A stretch of DNA of 64,000 nucleotides from Candidatus Parvarchaeota archaeon. GTDB taxonomy: Archaea; Nanobdellota; Nanobdellia; JAAOXT01. Below are positions 19,415-29,465 of the stretch, piece by piece. The stretch is taken from contig JAFCDO010000007.1 of NCBI GenBank assembly GCA_017609605.1, forward strand, positions 17,997 to 81,996, written 5' to 3'. The position numbers and the translations under genes were made by a program. The number at the start of each line of letters is the position of its first letter. The first letter of the stretch is position 1. The notes below the pieces were generated by a model, which was not told the origin of the DNA, searched no databases, and was given only the letters and a program-made list of their open reading frames with translations.

Positions 19415-19789
19415 TTAGACGCCGCATATAGTTTTGATAATTACTCCTTTTTCGTAAACAGTGATTTCGTCATATTTGTTGTAATCATCAATTATTGTAA
19501 CGAAATAGAATGAGTCAGTTAGGGTTGTTACAGATTGAACACTTTGGTTTAAATCTTGTTCTTTTAGGTAGTCGTTTACGAATTGTTCAACTTCATTTTT
19601 GTTATTAAGAATAGTAGTTTTTTCGTACAGTACAGAGGAGTCCGGGCTTGAATCATCACACCAACAATTTGGGACTTCAGATTCAAACACGTCGCACACG
19701 TCGTTGGAGACATTATTACCTTCTTGTGCAGTGCAACCACTAAGCAGGATTATTACAACCATACTGAGGAAAAGTTTTTTCACAAACAA
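19415..19789 (-). CDS. Secreted lipoprotein-like hypothetical protein
   Basis: N-terminus MFVKKLFLSMVVIILLSGCTAQ (lipobox LSGC). Confidence 0.5.
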   Translation of the reverse strand: MFVKKLFLSMVVIILLSGCTAQEGNNVSNDVCDVFESEVPNCWCDDSSPDSSVLYEKTTILNNKNEVEQFVNDYLKEQDLNQSVQSVTTLTDSFYFVTIIDDYNKYDEITVYEKGVIIKTICGV

Positions 19790-19842
19790 TTATGTGGGAT
19801 AAGTGATTAATAAAACTATTTTCAAGAAAAAAAAAGGTGGAA

Positions 19843-19917
19843 TGCCCCCACCGGGATTTGAACCCGGGTCACAAGCTTGAAAGGCTCGCATGCTTGACCG
19901 TACTACACTATGAGGGC
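19843..19917 (-). tRNA. tRNA-Glu (UUC)
   Basis: rc = GCCCTCATAGTGTAGTACGGTCAAGCATGCGAGCCTTTCAAGCTTGTGACCCGGGTTCAAATCCCGGTGGGGGCA. Anticodon loop CTTTCAA. Confidence 0.9.
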
Positions 19918-19920
19918 GGA

Positions 19921-20035
19921 TGGGCCTGTCGTGATTCGAACACGAGACCCCCGGCTCTCTTAGAGCGAGGGAACCCTTTTATGGGGATTCACTGTCATAT
20001 AAGACCGGTGCTCCACCAGGCTAAGCTACAGGCCC
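19921..20035 (-). tRNA. tRNA-Ile (UAU) with 41-nt intron at 37/38
   Basis: rc = GGGCCTGTAGCTTAGCCTGGTGGAGCACCGGTCTTATA[TGACAG...CTAAGAG]AGCCGGGGGTCTCGTGTTCGAATCACGACAGGCCCA. Canonical 3-4-3 bulge-helix-bulge (CTTA/TAAG central helix). Mature length 74 nt. Confidence 0.8.
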
Positions 20036-20066
20036 GTAAACCAATAACCTTTTCTCTCTTCTTTAA

Positions 20067-20351
20067 TTACACAGTTTTTAAATCTTTTTCTCCCGAAACC
20101 CGATACAATTTCTGGAAGTAAGCAAGAGATAACAGTATAGACCTAGCTAAATCCCCCTTGATTTCGTCAAAACCTTCTACTTGATCATCAACGGACTTTT
20201 TCAAATGACAACCAGTGATTTGCAGTGATTCCCTAACGTACGGCAAATCTCTTGGAAGCGAGTTAGCAAGTTTTTCCAACCTGTTCAAATCCTTCTTTTT
20301 AATTATCCCCAAAATATCTTCAACACAGAATTCATCGTCAATCGAAACCAT
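20067..20351 (-). CDS. Hypothetical protein (94 aa)
   Basis: Clean ORF, no motif. Confidence 0.4.
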   Translation of the reverse strand: MVSIDDEFCVEDILGIIKKKDLNRLEKLANSLPRDLPYVRESLQITGCHLKKSVDDQVEGFDEIKGDLARSILLSLAYFQKLYRVSGEKDLKTV

Positions 20352-20450
20352 AACAAAGGATTAAAGAGCGTGTTAGATTAATAATTTTATTGTAGTGTTC
20401 GCCGTAAGTTTTTTAAAACCGAAAAAGCGTTTTTTATGAGAAACAATTAC

Positions 20451-20522
20451 GCCCGGGTAGCTTAATGGTGGAGCGACGGACTGTTAATCCGTAGGTCGCA
20501 GGTTCGACCCCTGTCCCGGGCG
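20451..20522 (+). tRNA. tRNA-Asn (GUU)
   Basis: GCCCGGGTAGCTTAATGGTGGAGCGACGGACTGTTAATCCGTAGGTCGCAGGTTCGACCCCTGTCCCGGGCG; anticodon loop CTGTTAA. Confidence 0.92.
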
Positions 20523-20575
20523 CTCAAAACCAAACAAAACATTAAAAAGAAATGGCTCACAATTAATTCTAATAA

Positions 20576-23053
20576 ATGTTATCCGACAAAGAACTGAAAA
20601 AAAAGTATGGTAAAGAATACTCGCTCAACCCGGACAAGTATTACCCAACCAAGTTCATCAAAAGCCAAAAGTTCGTAAGAGGAAAGTGCGAGAAATGCGG
20701 CAAACACTTCTGGAACCTCAACCCGGAAAGAAAAGTTTGTGGGGACACGGCTTGCACAGAAGGATATGGTTTCATAAACAACTCACCAGCAAAAGTTAAG
20801 CTAACCTACCCCGAAGTGTGGAAATCATTTTCCAAAACCCTCCAAAAAAAAGGTTACACACCAATCAAAAGATATCCTGTGGTTGCTCGCTGGAGGGATG
20901 ACATACCCTTCGTTGAAGCATCAATAGACGATTTCATACCCCACGTGATAAACGGTGTAGTCAAACCCCCTGCGAACCAGCTCACAGTCCCACAATTCTG
21001 TTTAAGGTTCAACGATATATCAAACGTTGGAATAACCGGGGCGCACTACACAGGATTCATCATGATCGGCCAACACAGGTTCGAAAAACCTGAAAACTAC
21101 GACCCTGACGCGTACTTAGAACACCTTTACGCGTGGTTCAACCAAACGCTCGGCATCCCCGCTAAAGAATTCACTTTTCACGAGGATATCTGGGCGGGTT
21201 CAGGCAACTTCGGGCCCTGCGTAGAAATCTTTTCAAGAGGAGTCGAGCTAGCAAACCAAGTCTATATGCAGTTCAAACAAACCAAGAACGGGTTCAAAGA
21301 CCTAAACCTCAAAGTTCTGGACATGGGGATGGGGCACGAAAGAATCTCATGGTTCACCAACGGGACACCCCAATCATACGAGACAACGTTCCCGCACGTA
21401 ATCAAAAAACTAAAAAAGAAAACGGGAATAACGGTTGACGAGAAAATACTAGAAGCATTCATGCCCTATTCAGGATTCCTCAACTCCGACGAAGTCGAAG
21501 ACGTTGAAAAAGTGTGGAAAACCATATCCAAAAAAATAAGTGTCAGCGTTGAAAAAATCAAAAAAACAATTCTTCCTCTTCAAGCAATTTATTCAATAGC
21601 AGATCACACGAGAAGCCTATTACTAGCGATAAGCGACGGGGCGCTGCCCTCAAACACGGGAGGAGGCTACAACCTAAGAGTCATTTTCAGGAGAAGCATG
21701 GACTTCTTATCCAAACACGGCTGGAACATAAACCTTGCAGAAGTGTGCGAATGGCACGTGAAAGACCTTGAAAAACTCTTCCCAAGAATTGGAGAAAACA
21801 TTGAAGAAGTTAAAGAAATAATTGGCGTGGAAGTCAAGAAGTACGAAAAAACCAAGAAGAGAATGAAAAGCATAATCAAAACCATCAAAGGAATAGTTTC
21901 AACAGAAAAAATGATAGAGCTTTACGACTCTCACGGCATCAACCCGGAAACACTGGTTAAGGAAGGAGTTCAAGCCAAAATCCCTAAACGCTTCTTTGAA
22001 ATGGTTGCGGAAAGACACGGAAAAGTCAAGAAGAAAAAAGAAGAAAAAAGGTTCGATGTCCAAGGCATTCCGAAAACAAAGAAAATTTACTACAATGATT
22101 ACAGCAAGGTCGAGTTCAAAGCTAAAGTCCTAAAAACTTCAGGGGACAAAGTAATCCTGGATAAAACAGGTTTCTACCCCACGTCAGGGGGACAGATTCA
22201 TGATAAAGGATTCATCGCTGAAAGAGAAGTAGTAGAAGTTTTCGACGAGGAAGGAGTCGTAATCCACGTCATCAAAGGGAAACCACCCAAAAAAGGAGAG
22301 GAAGTCTTCTGTAAAATTGATTGGGAGCGCAGAAAGCAACTAGCCCAACACCACACAGCAGTCCACGTCATCAACGGGGCTGCAAGAAAAATCTTGGGAA
22401 ACCACGTGTGGCAAGCAGGCGCTGACAAAAACACTCAGCGAGCAAGAATAGACATAACGCACTACGAAAACCCGTCGCCAGAACAATTAAAAAAAATCGA
22501 AGTGTTAGCGAATCAAATCATAAAAAAATCTATTCCTGTCCAAAGTTTTTTCTTAGGCAAAGGTTTAGCTGAAAAAAAATACGGTTTCCGCGTCTACCAG
22601 GGAGGAGCCATACCAGGAAGCAAGCTAAGAATAATCAAAATAGGAGAATTTGACGTCGAGGCGTGCGGAGGCACGCACGTGAAAAACACAAAACAAGTCG
22701 GTGAAGTCAAGATAGTTGAAGTCAAAAGAATACAAGACGGAGTAATCAGGCTAGTGCTGAAAGCGGGCGAAGCTCTTGAAAAACGCTCAAAAGAGCTTAA
22801 AGAGTTAGCTGACGAAATCACTGAATTATTGGGTTGCAATTACTCCAAAATACCTGAAAAAACAGGGGAACTGTTCAAGGCTTGGAAGAAAAAACGTAAA
22901 GGAAAACCGTTCGAGTTCAAAAAAGGAAAACCCGGCAAAGGAAGCATACAAAACCTTAAAGAAACTTTGGACGAAGCCGCGAGCCTCTTAAAAGTCAGGA
23001 AAGAGCACCTGCCAAACACTGTAAAAAGATTCTTAAAAGACTTAAAAAAATGA
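20576..23053 (+). CDS. alaS: Alanyl-tRNA synthetase (archaeal type)
   Basis: 825 aa. Class II core; editing-domain motifs HHTAVHVINGAARKILG and EACGGTHV. The archaeal N-terminal Cys cluster CEKCGKHFW...CGDTAC is present. Confidence 0.9.
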   Translation: MLSDKELKKKYGKEYSLNPDKYYPTKFIKSQKFVRGKCEKCGKHFWNLNPERKVCGDTACTEGYGFINNSPAKVKLTYPEVWKSFSKTLQKKGYTPIKRYPVVARWRDDIPFVEASIDDFIPHVINGVVKPPANQLTVPQFCLRFNDISNVGITGAHYTGFIMIGQHRFEKPENYDPDAYLEHLYAWFNQTLGIPAKEFTFHEDIWAGSGNFGPCVEIFSRGVELANQVYMQFKQTKNGFKDLNLKVLDMGMGHERISWFTNGTPQSYETTFPHVIKKLKKKTGITVDEKILEAFMPYSGFLNSDEVEDVEKVWKTISKKISVSVEKIKKTILPLQAIYSIADHTRSLLLAISDGALPSNTGGGYNLRVIFRRSMDFLSKHGWNINLAEVCEWHVKDLEKLFPRIGENIEEVKEIIGVEVKKYEKTKKRMKSIIKTIKGIVSTEKMIELYDSHGINPETLVKEGVQAKIPKRFFEMVAERHGKVKKKKEEKRFDVQGIPKTKKIYYNDYSKVEFKAKVLKTSGDKVILDKTGFYPTSGGQIHDKGFIAEREVVEVFDEEGVVIHVIKGKPPKKGEEVFCKIDWERRKQLAQHHTAVHVINGAARKILGNHVWQAGADKNTQRARIDITHYENPSPEQLKKIEVLANQIIKKSIPVQSFFLGKGLAEKKYGFRVYQGGAIPGSKLRIIKIGEFDVEACGGTHVKNTKQVGEVKIVEVKRIQDGVIRLVLKAGEALEKRSKELKELADEITELLGCNYSKIPEKTGELFKAWKKKRKGKPFEFKKGKPGKGSIQNLKETLDEAASLLKVRKEHLPNTVKRFLKDLKK

Positions 23054-23518
23054 CGAGACAAAGCTTCCCACAAAACTGGATGCTAGCACGACCAAGAACC
23101 CGATGATAAGGTGTTCTCCAACAGTTTTCCAAATACTTTTCTCATTCTCTTTAGCGATTTTAAAACTGAAAAAAGCTAGAAGGGAGAAACCCCACAACAC
23201 GCTCAAAAAAACGGCGACGGATAAATCAAGAAAAAGAACAGGCACGACGAACGACAAACCAATCAAGAACTTAGCCAAAAAAGTTGAAACAGTAGCTTCC
23301 CAAACACTTTTCTCTTCGTTACCCCCAGCTTCCTGCGACACGTGAATACCCAAAGAATCAGATAAGGCATCAGCCAAAGCAATAATCAGCAAACCTCCAA
23401 CAACAACACTGCTGGAATTAGTTCCGGCGCTCAAGCCAACCAATAAACCCAAAGGAGTGATGACCCCTGAAGTCAAGCCAAAACCTAAGCCAGTCCAAAA
23501 AGATTTCTTCACAAACAA
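23042..23518 (-). CDS. VIT1/CCC1-family-like membrane protein
   Basis: 158 aa, about 5 TM. GLTSGVITPLGLLVGL and LADALSDSLGIHVSQE resemble the VIT membrane domain. Confidence 0.45.
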   Translation of the reverse strand: MFVKKSFWTGLGFGLTSGVITPLGLLVGLSAGTNSSSVVVGGLLIIALADALSDSLGIHVSQEAGGNEEKSVWEATVSTFLAKFLIGLSFVVPVLFLDLSVAVFLSVLWGFSLLAFFSFKIAKENEKSIWKTVGEHLIIGFLVVLASSFVGSFVSSFF

Positions 23519-23556
23519 TTAATAAGAAACCACTTATTAAAAAAGCTTAACCCATA

Positions 23557-24441
23557 ATGAAACCTGCCTTAAAAAAACTATGCCAGGAACTCGGATGCCC
23601 TGACCTAATCAACTCTTTAAAACAAGAACTGCCCAGATACATCCGCGCCAACCAACTAATAATCAAATCAGAAAAATTGAAAAAAATTCTTGAAAAAAAA
23701 GGTTGGACACTAAAAAAAATTGCTTGGAACGATTACGGGTTCAAAGTCGTAAAAGCGCCGTGCAAGCTGGGAAACAATTTGGAGCACGCTATGGGAATGT
23801 ACTACGTGCAAAACGCTTCAAGCATGATACCACCCCAAGTCCTAAACCCCTTGCCAGGGGAAAGAGTTCTGGATCTTTGCGCGTCACCCGGCTCAAAAAC
23901 CACGCAGATAAGCATGCTTATGAAAAACAAAGGAGTGGTGGTGGCGAACGATTACCTGCCAAAAAAAATAGTTTCTCTCCTGAGAAACGTTCAAAGATGC
24001 AGGGTGACGAACGTGATAGGAAACCTTTCAAGAGGAGAACAACTTTCCTTTAAAGAAGAGTTTGACAAAGTCCTGGTCGACGCTCCCTGCACAGGATTAG
24101 GAGCAGTTCATAAAGACCCGAAAATATTGAAGACGTGGAGTCTCTCAAGCATCAAAAAATTGTGCGCTAAACAAAAAAAGTTGGTGGAAGCAGGGTTCAA
24201 AGCCCTCAAAAAAGGAGGGGTAATGGTTTACTCGACCTGCACGTTAAGCGTGGAAGAAAACGAAGGAATAGTCAACCATTTAATAAAACTCGGAGCAAAA
24301 GTTGAAAGCATAAAAATCAAAGGCTTGAAAACCAGGCCAGGAATCATCAGAGATTATAATCCTCAAGTCAAAAAAACGGTTAGGGTTTACCCAATGGACA
24401 ATCAAAGTGAAGCATTCTTCATAGCGAGGATAAAAAAATGA
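23557..24441 (+). CDS. RNA cytosine-C5 methyltransferase (NOL1/NOP2/Sun, RsmB/Trm4-like)
   Basis: SAM motif VLDLCASPGSKTTQI; catalytic DAPCTGLG and YSTCTLS motifs. Confidence 0.88.
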   Translation: MKPALKKLCQELGCPDLINSLKQELPRYIRANQLIIKSEKLKKILEKKGWTLKKIAWNDYGFKVVKAPCKLGNNLEHAMGMYYVQNASSMIPPQVLNPLPGERVLDLCASPGSKTTQISMLMKNKGVVVANDYLPKKIVSLLRNVQRCRVTNVIGNLSRGEQLSFKEEFDKVLVDAPCTGLGAVHKDPKILKTWSLSSIKKLCAKQKKLVEAGFKALKKGGVMVYSTCTLSVEENEGIVNHLIKLGAKVESIKIKGLKTRPGIIRDYNPQVKKTVRVYPMDNQSEAFFIARIKK

Positions 24442-24872
24442 AGTTTGAATACATGAACACTAACGAAGTCAAAAAAATCAACGATTTCCTCGAGCAAAGG
24501 TTCGGCATAAGACTTGAACAATACTATTATCTTAAACAAAGAGACAGGATCTGGGTTTTTTCAGGCGGGCACGAAAAATTGGAAAAACTCAGGCCAGGAT
24601 TCACCGGGTTCAGGTTAGGAATAATTGACAAACGAAGAAGTTTCAAACCATCACAGGAATCATCAACCCTCATCAAAGCAAGGAAAAACGTTCTCGAATT
24701 AAGTGAAGAAGAAGCGCGAGACTGGCTGGCAGGAAAAGATTTGAAAAAAAACGGGGTTGACGGGTGGTTCCTGCTAAGAACTAAAACAGGTTTCTTCGGG
24801 GTTGGAAAAAGGGTTCAAGGATTTTTCAGGAACATAGTTCCAAAAAGGTCCAGGGTCATAGGTTTCTTTTAG
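24438..24872 (+). CDS. Hypothetical protein, translationally coupled to the m5C methyltransferase
   Basis: ATGA overlap at 24438-24441. May be a detached RNA-binding (PUA-like) module, but no motif was verified. Confidence 0.45.
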   Translation: MKFEYMNTNEVKKINDFLEQRFGIRLEQYYYLKQRDRIWVFSGGHEKLEKLRPGFTGFRLGIIDKRRSFKPSQESSTLIKARKNVLELSEEEARDWLAGKDLKKNGVDGWFLLRTKTGFFGVGKRVQGFFRNIVPKRSRVIGFF

Positions 24873-26745
24873 ATTTCAACACGCCAATGATTTTTTTGGC
24901 AGCGGTTTCAGGAGTGCTTCCAAAGATGACCCTGCTCCCAACCAGTTTTTCCAAATCCTTAGTGAGAACGCGAGTAGCGATTTTCGAACCCTTAATCGAT
25001 AAAGCCGGGTTGACGTGAGTCGTGACACCCAAATCAAGAAAGTACACGCCTATTGCCAGCGCTTTTTCGGCCATGTACTCTGGAGCACTGCAAGCAATCG
25101 GCAAGTCTGGCAGAGAAGTATTCGAGGCCTCTGAGAGTTGAGTGAACAAGGCGCCGATTCTTGAACAGTCAACGCACGAACCCATGTGCCATGCGGGAGG
25201 CAGGGCCTCCAAACCATTTGCTTCACCCACTTTTTCCAAAAAATGTTTGAGACCGTTGCCCGCAAGCTTCACGGCTTTCGGGTTCATCAAGTCCGCCTGA
25301 GCCGCGGCGTGAGCCCAGCAACCGGTGCCCACCACTAACACGTTATTTTTTATCAGGATTCTTGTAAGCTCTTCTTGAAACGCTTGTCCTCTGAGCTTAG
25401 CGTTCCTGCAACCCACTACAGCGACTATTCCGAGAACGTTTCCGGATTTCATCTCATCTATAAGGGGTTTAAAAGGATTTTTTTTATCAAGCTTTGATAG
25501 TAAAGTTTTTATGGCTTCAACCGAAAAACCGCCGTAAAGCTCTGAAACTTTTTCAGGGATTAAAACGTTTTTACCTTTTCTTTTTTTGAAAACTTTCACG
25601 GCTTCTTTAATGATTTGTTTAGCAGAATGATCAGCGTTCTCAACTTCAAAAGGCAGGTGTAAGGCTCCAGGAATCTTGACAAAATCTATCGTGGTTATCA
25701 AACGAGTATTGTAACAAGACGCGATGTCCTGAAGAGAAGGGTAAATGCATTGAAGGTCGACGACAGTGGCGTCAACAGCTCCAGTGACCAAAGCCATTTC
25801 TTGTTGCATGACGTGACCAGCCATGGGCACTCCCTGGCGCATTAGCAGTTCATTTCCAGTGCAGCACATGCCGACAACGTTTATGCCTTTCGCCCCAACT
25901 TTTTTGGCGTGCAAACCCATTTTTCGCGACCACTCCAAAACCTTTTCTGACAGCAACGGGAGGTGGCCGTGAACAATGATGTTAACCCAATCCTTTTTCA
26001 AAACCCCCAAATTGGCAGTGGACTTGGTGAGGTAGGGCGTGCCGAAAATGATGTCCTGCACGTCGGTTGCGAGAGACATGCCAGCAAACCCGTCCACCAA
26101 GCCGAGTTTGAGCACGGATAATAGCACGTTAACAGGGTCGGCGTCGTTGCCCATAGTTGTTTGGTGTAGGGCATGCGAGATTTCAGCGTCAGCGTTCACT
26201 GGAAGAATGTCGAGTTTTGACCAGGCCTTCATTCTTTCCTCGTTCGCCCTGACCTTGAACCAGTTAAGCGTCAAACCCTCTCTTTGTTTGAGCAATCCTT
26301 CCTGTCTCCTGAACTCTTCCAGCGCTTCCAAGACAACGCTTTTAGCGACTTGTTTGACGCTTTTCCTGAAAGTTTTTAAACCCAGTTTGCGCGCCACAAA
26401 AAAGAGTTTTTCCTTATCTTTTATGGGATAGGAATTGGTTTTTCCTTCACTGATTTTTAATAATGCTAGTAAGACTTCTTTCGCGTGGTCCGTGTGGCAC
26501 GCGGTTCCCGCGGCGACGTGTCTTAACAAGTTTCTGGTAACGATTAAGTCCGCGTTCGCCCCGCAAACCCCTTCTTCCTGTTTTCCAGGGATGATGCGGC
26601 AAGGACCTTGAAAACAGTTCTTACAGCACACGTCTCCCAAGCCGAACACGCATTGAGGTTGTTGTTCTTCAAAACGGTCAAACACGAGTTTTGCCTTGTC
26701 CCTACGAGCTTTTAAAATAATTTTTGGGTCAACCCAAGAATTCAT
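24856..26745 (-). CDS. cooS: Anaerobic Ni-Fe carbon monoxide dehydrogenase catalytic subunit (CooS family)
   Basis: N-terminus QQPQCVFGLGDVCCKNCFQGPCRI...GVCGANADLIVTRNLL..AAGTACHTDHA (B/D-cluster Cys pattern). Candidate C-cluster ligand motifs: HGHLP, GMCCTGNE, DLQCIYPS, VVGCRNA, GTGCWAH, MGSCVDCSR. Confidence 0.85.
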   Translation of the reverse strand: MNSWVDPKIILKARRDKAKLVFDRFEEQQPQCVFGLGDVCCKNCFQGPCRIIPGKQEEGVCGANADLIVTRNLLRHVAAGTACHTDHAKEVLLALLKISEGKTNSYPIKDKEKLFFVARKLGLKTFRKSVKQVAKSVVLEALEEFRRQEGLLKQREGLTLNWFKVRANEERMKAWSKLDILPVNADAEISHALHQTTMGNDADPVNVLLSVLKLGLVDGFAGMSLATDVQDIIFGTPYLTKSTANLGVLKKDWVNIIVHGHLPLLSEKVLEWSRKMGLHAKKVGAKGINVVGMCCTGNELLMRQGVPMAGHVMQQEMALVTGAVDATVVDLQCIYPSLQDIASCYNTRLITTIDFVKIPGALHLPFEVENADHSAKQIIKEAVKVFKKRKGKNVLIPEKVSELYGGFSVEAIKTLLSKLDKKNPFKPLIDEMKSGNVLGIVAVVGCRNAKLRGQAFQEELTRILIKNNVLVVGTGCWAHAAAQADLMNPKAVKLAGNGLKHFLEKVGEANGLEALPPAWHMGSCVDCSRIGALFTQLSEASNTSLPDLPIACSAPEYMAEKALAIGVYFLDLGVTTHVNPALSIKGSKIATRVLTKDLEKLVGSRVIFGSTPETAAKKIIGVLKSKRNL

Positions 26746-26780
26746 GTGATAGTAATAAGAGAAAGGTTTTATTTATTCCT

Positions 26781-27884
26781 TTAGTCTAGCCAGTCCTTGT
26801 TTTCAATCTTGGTTGGCACGTAATTCTTGACCGCGAAGTCAACACCTTTTGTAACCATTGAATCCAATTCTATCTTGTAACCAAAGTTTTTGAGGTCCTT
26901 TAACTCTTTCTGCCATTCCTTGGTCTTGAACCAGTCGTACTTTTTTATTTCATCTAACCTCTTCATGTCTGATTTGGTTGCTTTGATTAACGCGGTTTTA
27001 GGTACACTGAAATTCTCGTAATCACTGACTTTTAAGCCGAGGAACTTGGCGTCAGGAACAGCGCACTTCTCGCTGAAGTAAGCGAGGTTGATGCTTCCTT
27101 GCTTGTACACGCTGTAAATGTAATAACCGTAAGCATCCATGTCCATCATCACGTAAACAGGGAGTTTGAGCTCATCATGAATCCTTTGAAGCAAGCGTCT
27201 TTCAGCGCGAGCGGGCTGGCCTTTACCAGTTATTATGATGCAATTATTCTTATCCCAAAATTTTAGTCGGTTGAAAATGTTCCACATAGCGTATTTTTCG
27301 ATGACGAGCACGTAATCCGCACTGCAATGTTTGAAGTCAATAGTGTTTTTCTCAACGATTGCGGGCACGCTGTAACCCGCGCTTCCCATCTTAGCTAAAT
27401 TAATGTCGTCCCCGCTGGTCTTATCCCTTATAGTTAAAGGCCCTGCAATGACTCCTTTTGGCGTGGCAATGAGGTTTAACTCTTCTCTTAGAGCGTCAAT
27501 AATGACTTCAATGTCCTCGATCAACGGGTCTGTTTCCTTCTGAGCGTCAAAAGTGTTTTCATTCGAGTTCGGTAAAGTTCTTTTCAACGCGTAATAAATC
27601 TGCCTTATGCTTAGAGGAGGCTTATCTTGCTCTAATAGTTCCTTGCAAAGAGACGCTATGAGCATGGTTTGCATGAACTTCTTGGACTGGTTAAGGTTGA
27701 AAAAACTTCTTTTCTGAACCTTGTTACCCAATCTTATCAAACGGTCTTTTTCGTCGAAGTAAACGTTGTTAAGTGAGCGCAGCCTAACATTTATCTCAGG
27801 GTTTTTCTTTTTTTCAAGTTGTTCAAGAACTTCTTCTCCAAGTTTTGCAAGCTTTTTAATAGTGCTAGAATGGTCTATTTTCAT
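26781..27884 (-). CDS. top6A: DNA topoisomerase VI subunit A (Spo11-like)
   Basis: [10 protein letters not shown] (catalytic Tyr region); Toprim motifs [14 protein letters not shown] and [14 protein letters not shown]. Confidence 0.92.
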   Translation of the reverse strand: MKIDHSSTIKKLAKLGEEVLEQLEKKKNPEINVRLRSLNNVYFDEKDRLIRLGNKVQKRSFFNLNQSKKFMQTMLIASLCKELLEQDKPPLSIRQIYYALKRTLPNSNENTFDAQKETDPLIEDIEVIIDALREELNLIATPKGVIAGPLTIRDKTSGDDINLAKMGSAGYSVPAIVEKNTIDFKHCSADYVLVIEKYAMWNIFNRLKFWDKNNCIIITGKGQPARAERRLLQRIHDELKLPVYVMMDMDAYGYYIYSVYKQGSINLAYFSEKCAVPDAKFLGLKVSDYENFSVPKTALIKATKSDMKRLDEIKKYDWFKTKEWQKELKDLKNFGYKIELDSMVTKGVDFAVKNYVPTKIENKDWLD

Positions 27885-29458
27885 TGTTTTCCTTCCTTCA
27901 CTTTTATCATGGCTTTAGTGTTTTTCATCAAGGATTCTTCAATCAGTTCAGCGATTTTTTCTTTATTCCCTCTCGTCAGGTCAGCGATAGCTCCTGCCAA
28001 CTCTTTGGAGTATCTGGTGAAAGCGTCAATCCTTGCCTGATCCCTTTGACGCCTGTACTGTCTTTTCAAGTAATTCCTAAGGTGCCTAGCGCATTCCTGC
28101 AAAGCCAGTTTTATCTCTTTGACTATAATAGGGTAGGAAGCGATGGCGGCTTTCGACTCTGAAGTGAAAGGAACCCAGACACTAGCCATGTGGATAGCAA
28201 CGGTTAATGGGCCGTAAGGCACGCCTCTACCCCCGGTTTGGCTTAAACCGTAACGCCTCCAATCAATTTCTCCAATGGAACGAGTTATGGCGCAAGCACT
28301 CTTCTCGTACAAGAGAGGCACGCGGTTGGCGAACCTCATGATTTCCGCCTGCCCTTCTGACTTTAGGTTTCCGCCAAAAGCAATTCCTGCTTCTATCTGG
28401 AAAGGCATTCCCCTGTAAACGCTAGCTGGTCTGGTGACTGTCACGACCAGTTCTGCAGACAATTCTGTTTTCATGCTTGCTTCCAAAGAATTAGCTCCAA
28501 TAGGTGACAGGCAGTCTAGTGGGGGCACCATGAGTTTTTCGGTTTGAAGCGTTTTTATGAGTTTTTCAGCCTGTTCACGCGTTAAAGTGTAAGGTCGGGT
28601 GGCGTTGTGCAATTCCGCTTTTTTCAGAACCCTTTTAGCAGTGGTGGAACCAACCCTGCTGAACTCGCCTGTGAGAAAGCTCTGAATCGTTTTTTTGCTG
28701 GTTGTTTTGAGCATTCTCATGAAGATTCCGAGCTCGACTCCGTAAGGGTGTGGTTTGATTTCTTTAGGCATTTTTGGCAGTTTGTTCGTGGTTCTATTAA
28801 AAATGAATTTGGATGGGGTCGGGTCGTTAAAAATTATTTGAGCGCTAGGGTTGACAATGCTCGTCCTTCTCAAGTACTCGTAAATCGATGAGCTTCCTTT
28901 GGATACGAATTGAGCTTCCATCTCCATTTCTACTCTGGTGCCGTGAGGTAGGCGGAAGTCAAGGTCTATTTCTTCTTTTATTATCTGAGGCTCGTTTTTG
29001 AGAATGTCAAGCTTGAGTTCTACGCGGTGAGCTGGTTTGTTAGGCCCCGTCTTGGTGGTCACGACAGTGGGCTTGCCAGTGGTTAGTTGTGAGTAAAGGC
29101 CTGCAGCTGTTATCCCTATTCCTTGCTGGCCTCTCGACTGGATTAGCGCGTGGAATTTTGACCCGTACAAGAGTTTTGCGAAAATCTTAGGAATCTGTTT
29201 TTTCATTATTCCTGGACCATTATCCTGGATTATCACTCGGTAACGATCTGTGCCAGTTTGTTTTATCGTGACAGTTATTTCAGCGGGAATCCTTGCTTCT
29301 TCGCAAGCGTCCAGGCCGTTGTCAACTCCTTCTTTAACAGCGGTTAATATTGATTTCCTTTTGGAATCAAATCCTAGTAAGTGCCTGTTCTTTTCAAAGA
29401 ATTCAGCTATACTTATGTCTCTTTGTTTTTTTGCTAATTCCTCTGCAATCGGTGCCAT
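27881..29458 (-). CDS. top6B: DNA topoisomerase VI subunit B (GHKL ATPase)
   Basis: [17 protein letters not shown], Bergerat-fold motifs [33 protein letters not shown] overlap with top6A. Confidence 0.92.
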   Translation of the reverse strand: MAPIAEELAKKQRDISIAEFFEKNRHLLGFDSKRKSILTAVKEGVDNGLDACEEARIPAEITVTIKQTGTDRYRVIIQDNGPGIMKKQIPKIFAKLLYGSKFHALIQSRGQQGIGITAAGLYSQLTTGKPTVVTTKTGPNKPAHRVELKLDILKNEPQIIKEEIDLDFRLPHGTRVEMEMEAQFVSKGSSSIYEYLRRTSIVNPSAQIIFNDPTPSKFIFNRTTNKLPKMPKEIKPHPYGVELGIFMRMLKTTSKKTIQSFLTGEFSRVGSTTAKRVLKKAELHNATRPYTLTREQAEKLIKTLQTEKLMVPPLDCLSPIGANSLEASMKTELSAELVVTVTRPASVYRGMPFQIEAGIAFGGNLKSEGQAEIMRFANRVPLLYEKSACAITRSIGEIDWRRYGLSQTGGRGVPYGPLTVAIHMASVWVPFTSESKAAIASYPIIVKEIKLALQECARHLRNYLKRQYRRQRDQARIDAFTRYSKELAGAIADLTRGNKEKIAELIEESLMKNTKAMIKVKEGKQ

Positions 29459-29465
29459 CTTTTTC

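Noticed and set aside
19837-20121. 94-aa ORF on the plus strand
   Set aside because: Overlaps the tRNA-Glu and tRNA-Ile genes in antisense; spurious.
20576-23053. AlaRS looks shorter (825 aa) than the ~900 aa I recall for archaeal enzymes, so the C-terminal C-Ala/DHHA1-like domain may be truncated
   Set aside because: This cannot be judged without an alignment. The ORF is intact with a Lys-rich tail, and no downstream fragment is visible because the next gene is convergent.
24856-26745. Hybrid-cluster protein (Hcp) as an alternative call for the CooS-like ORF
   Set aside because: The N-terminal Cys pattern CxxGxxxxCCxxCxxGPCRI plus GVCGA is of the CooS type. Hcp starts with a CxxC...C motif at the extreme N-terminus and lacks these blocks.
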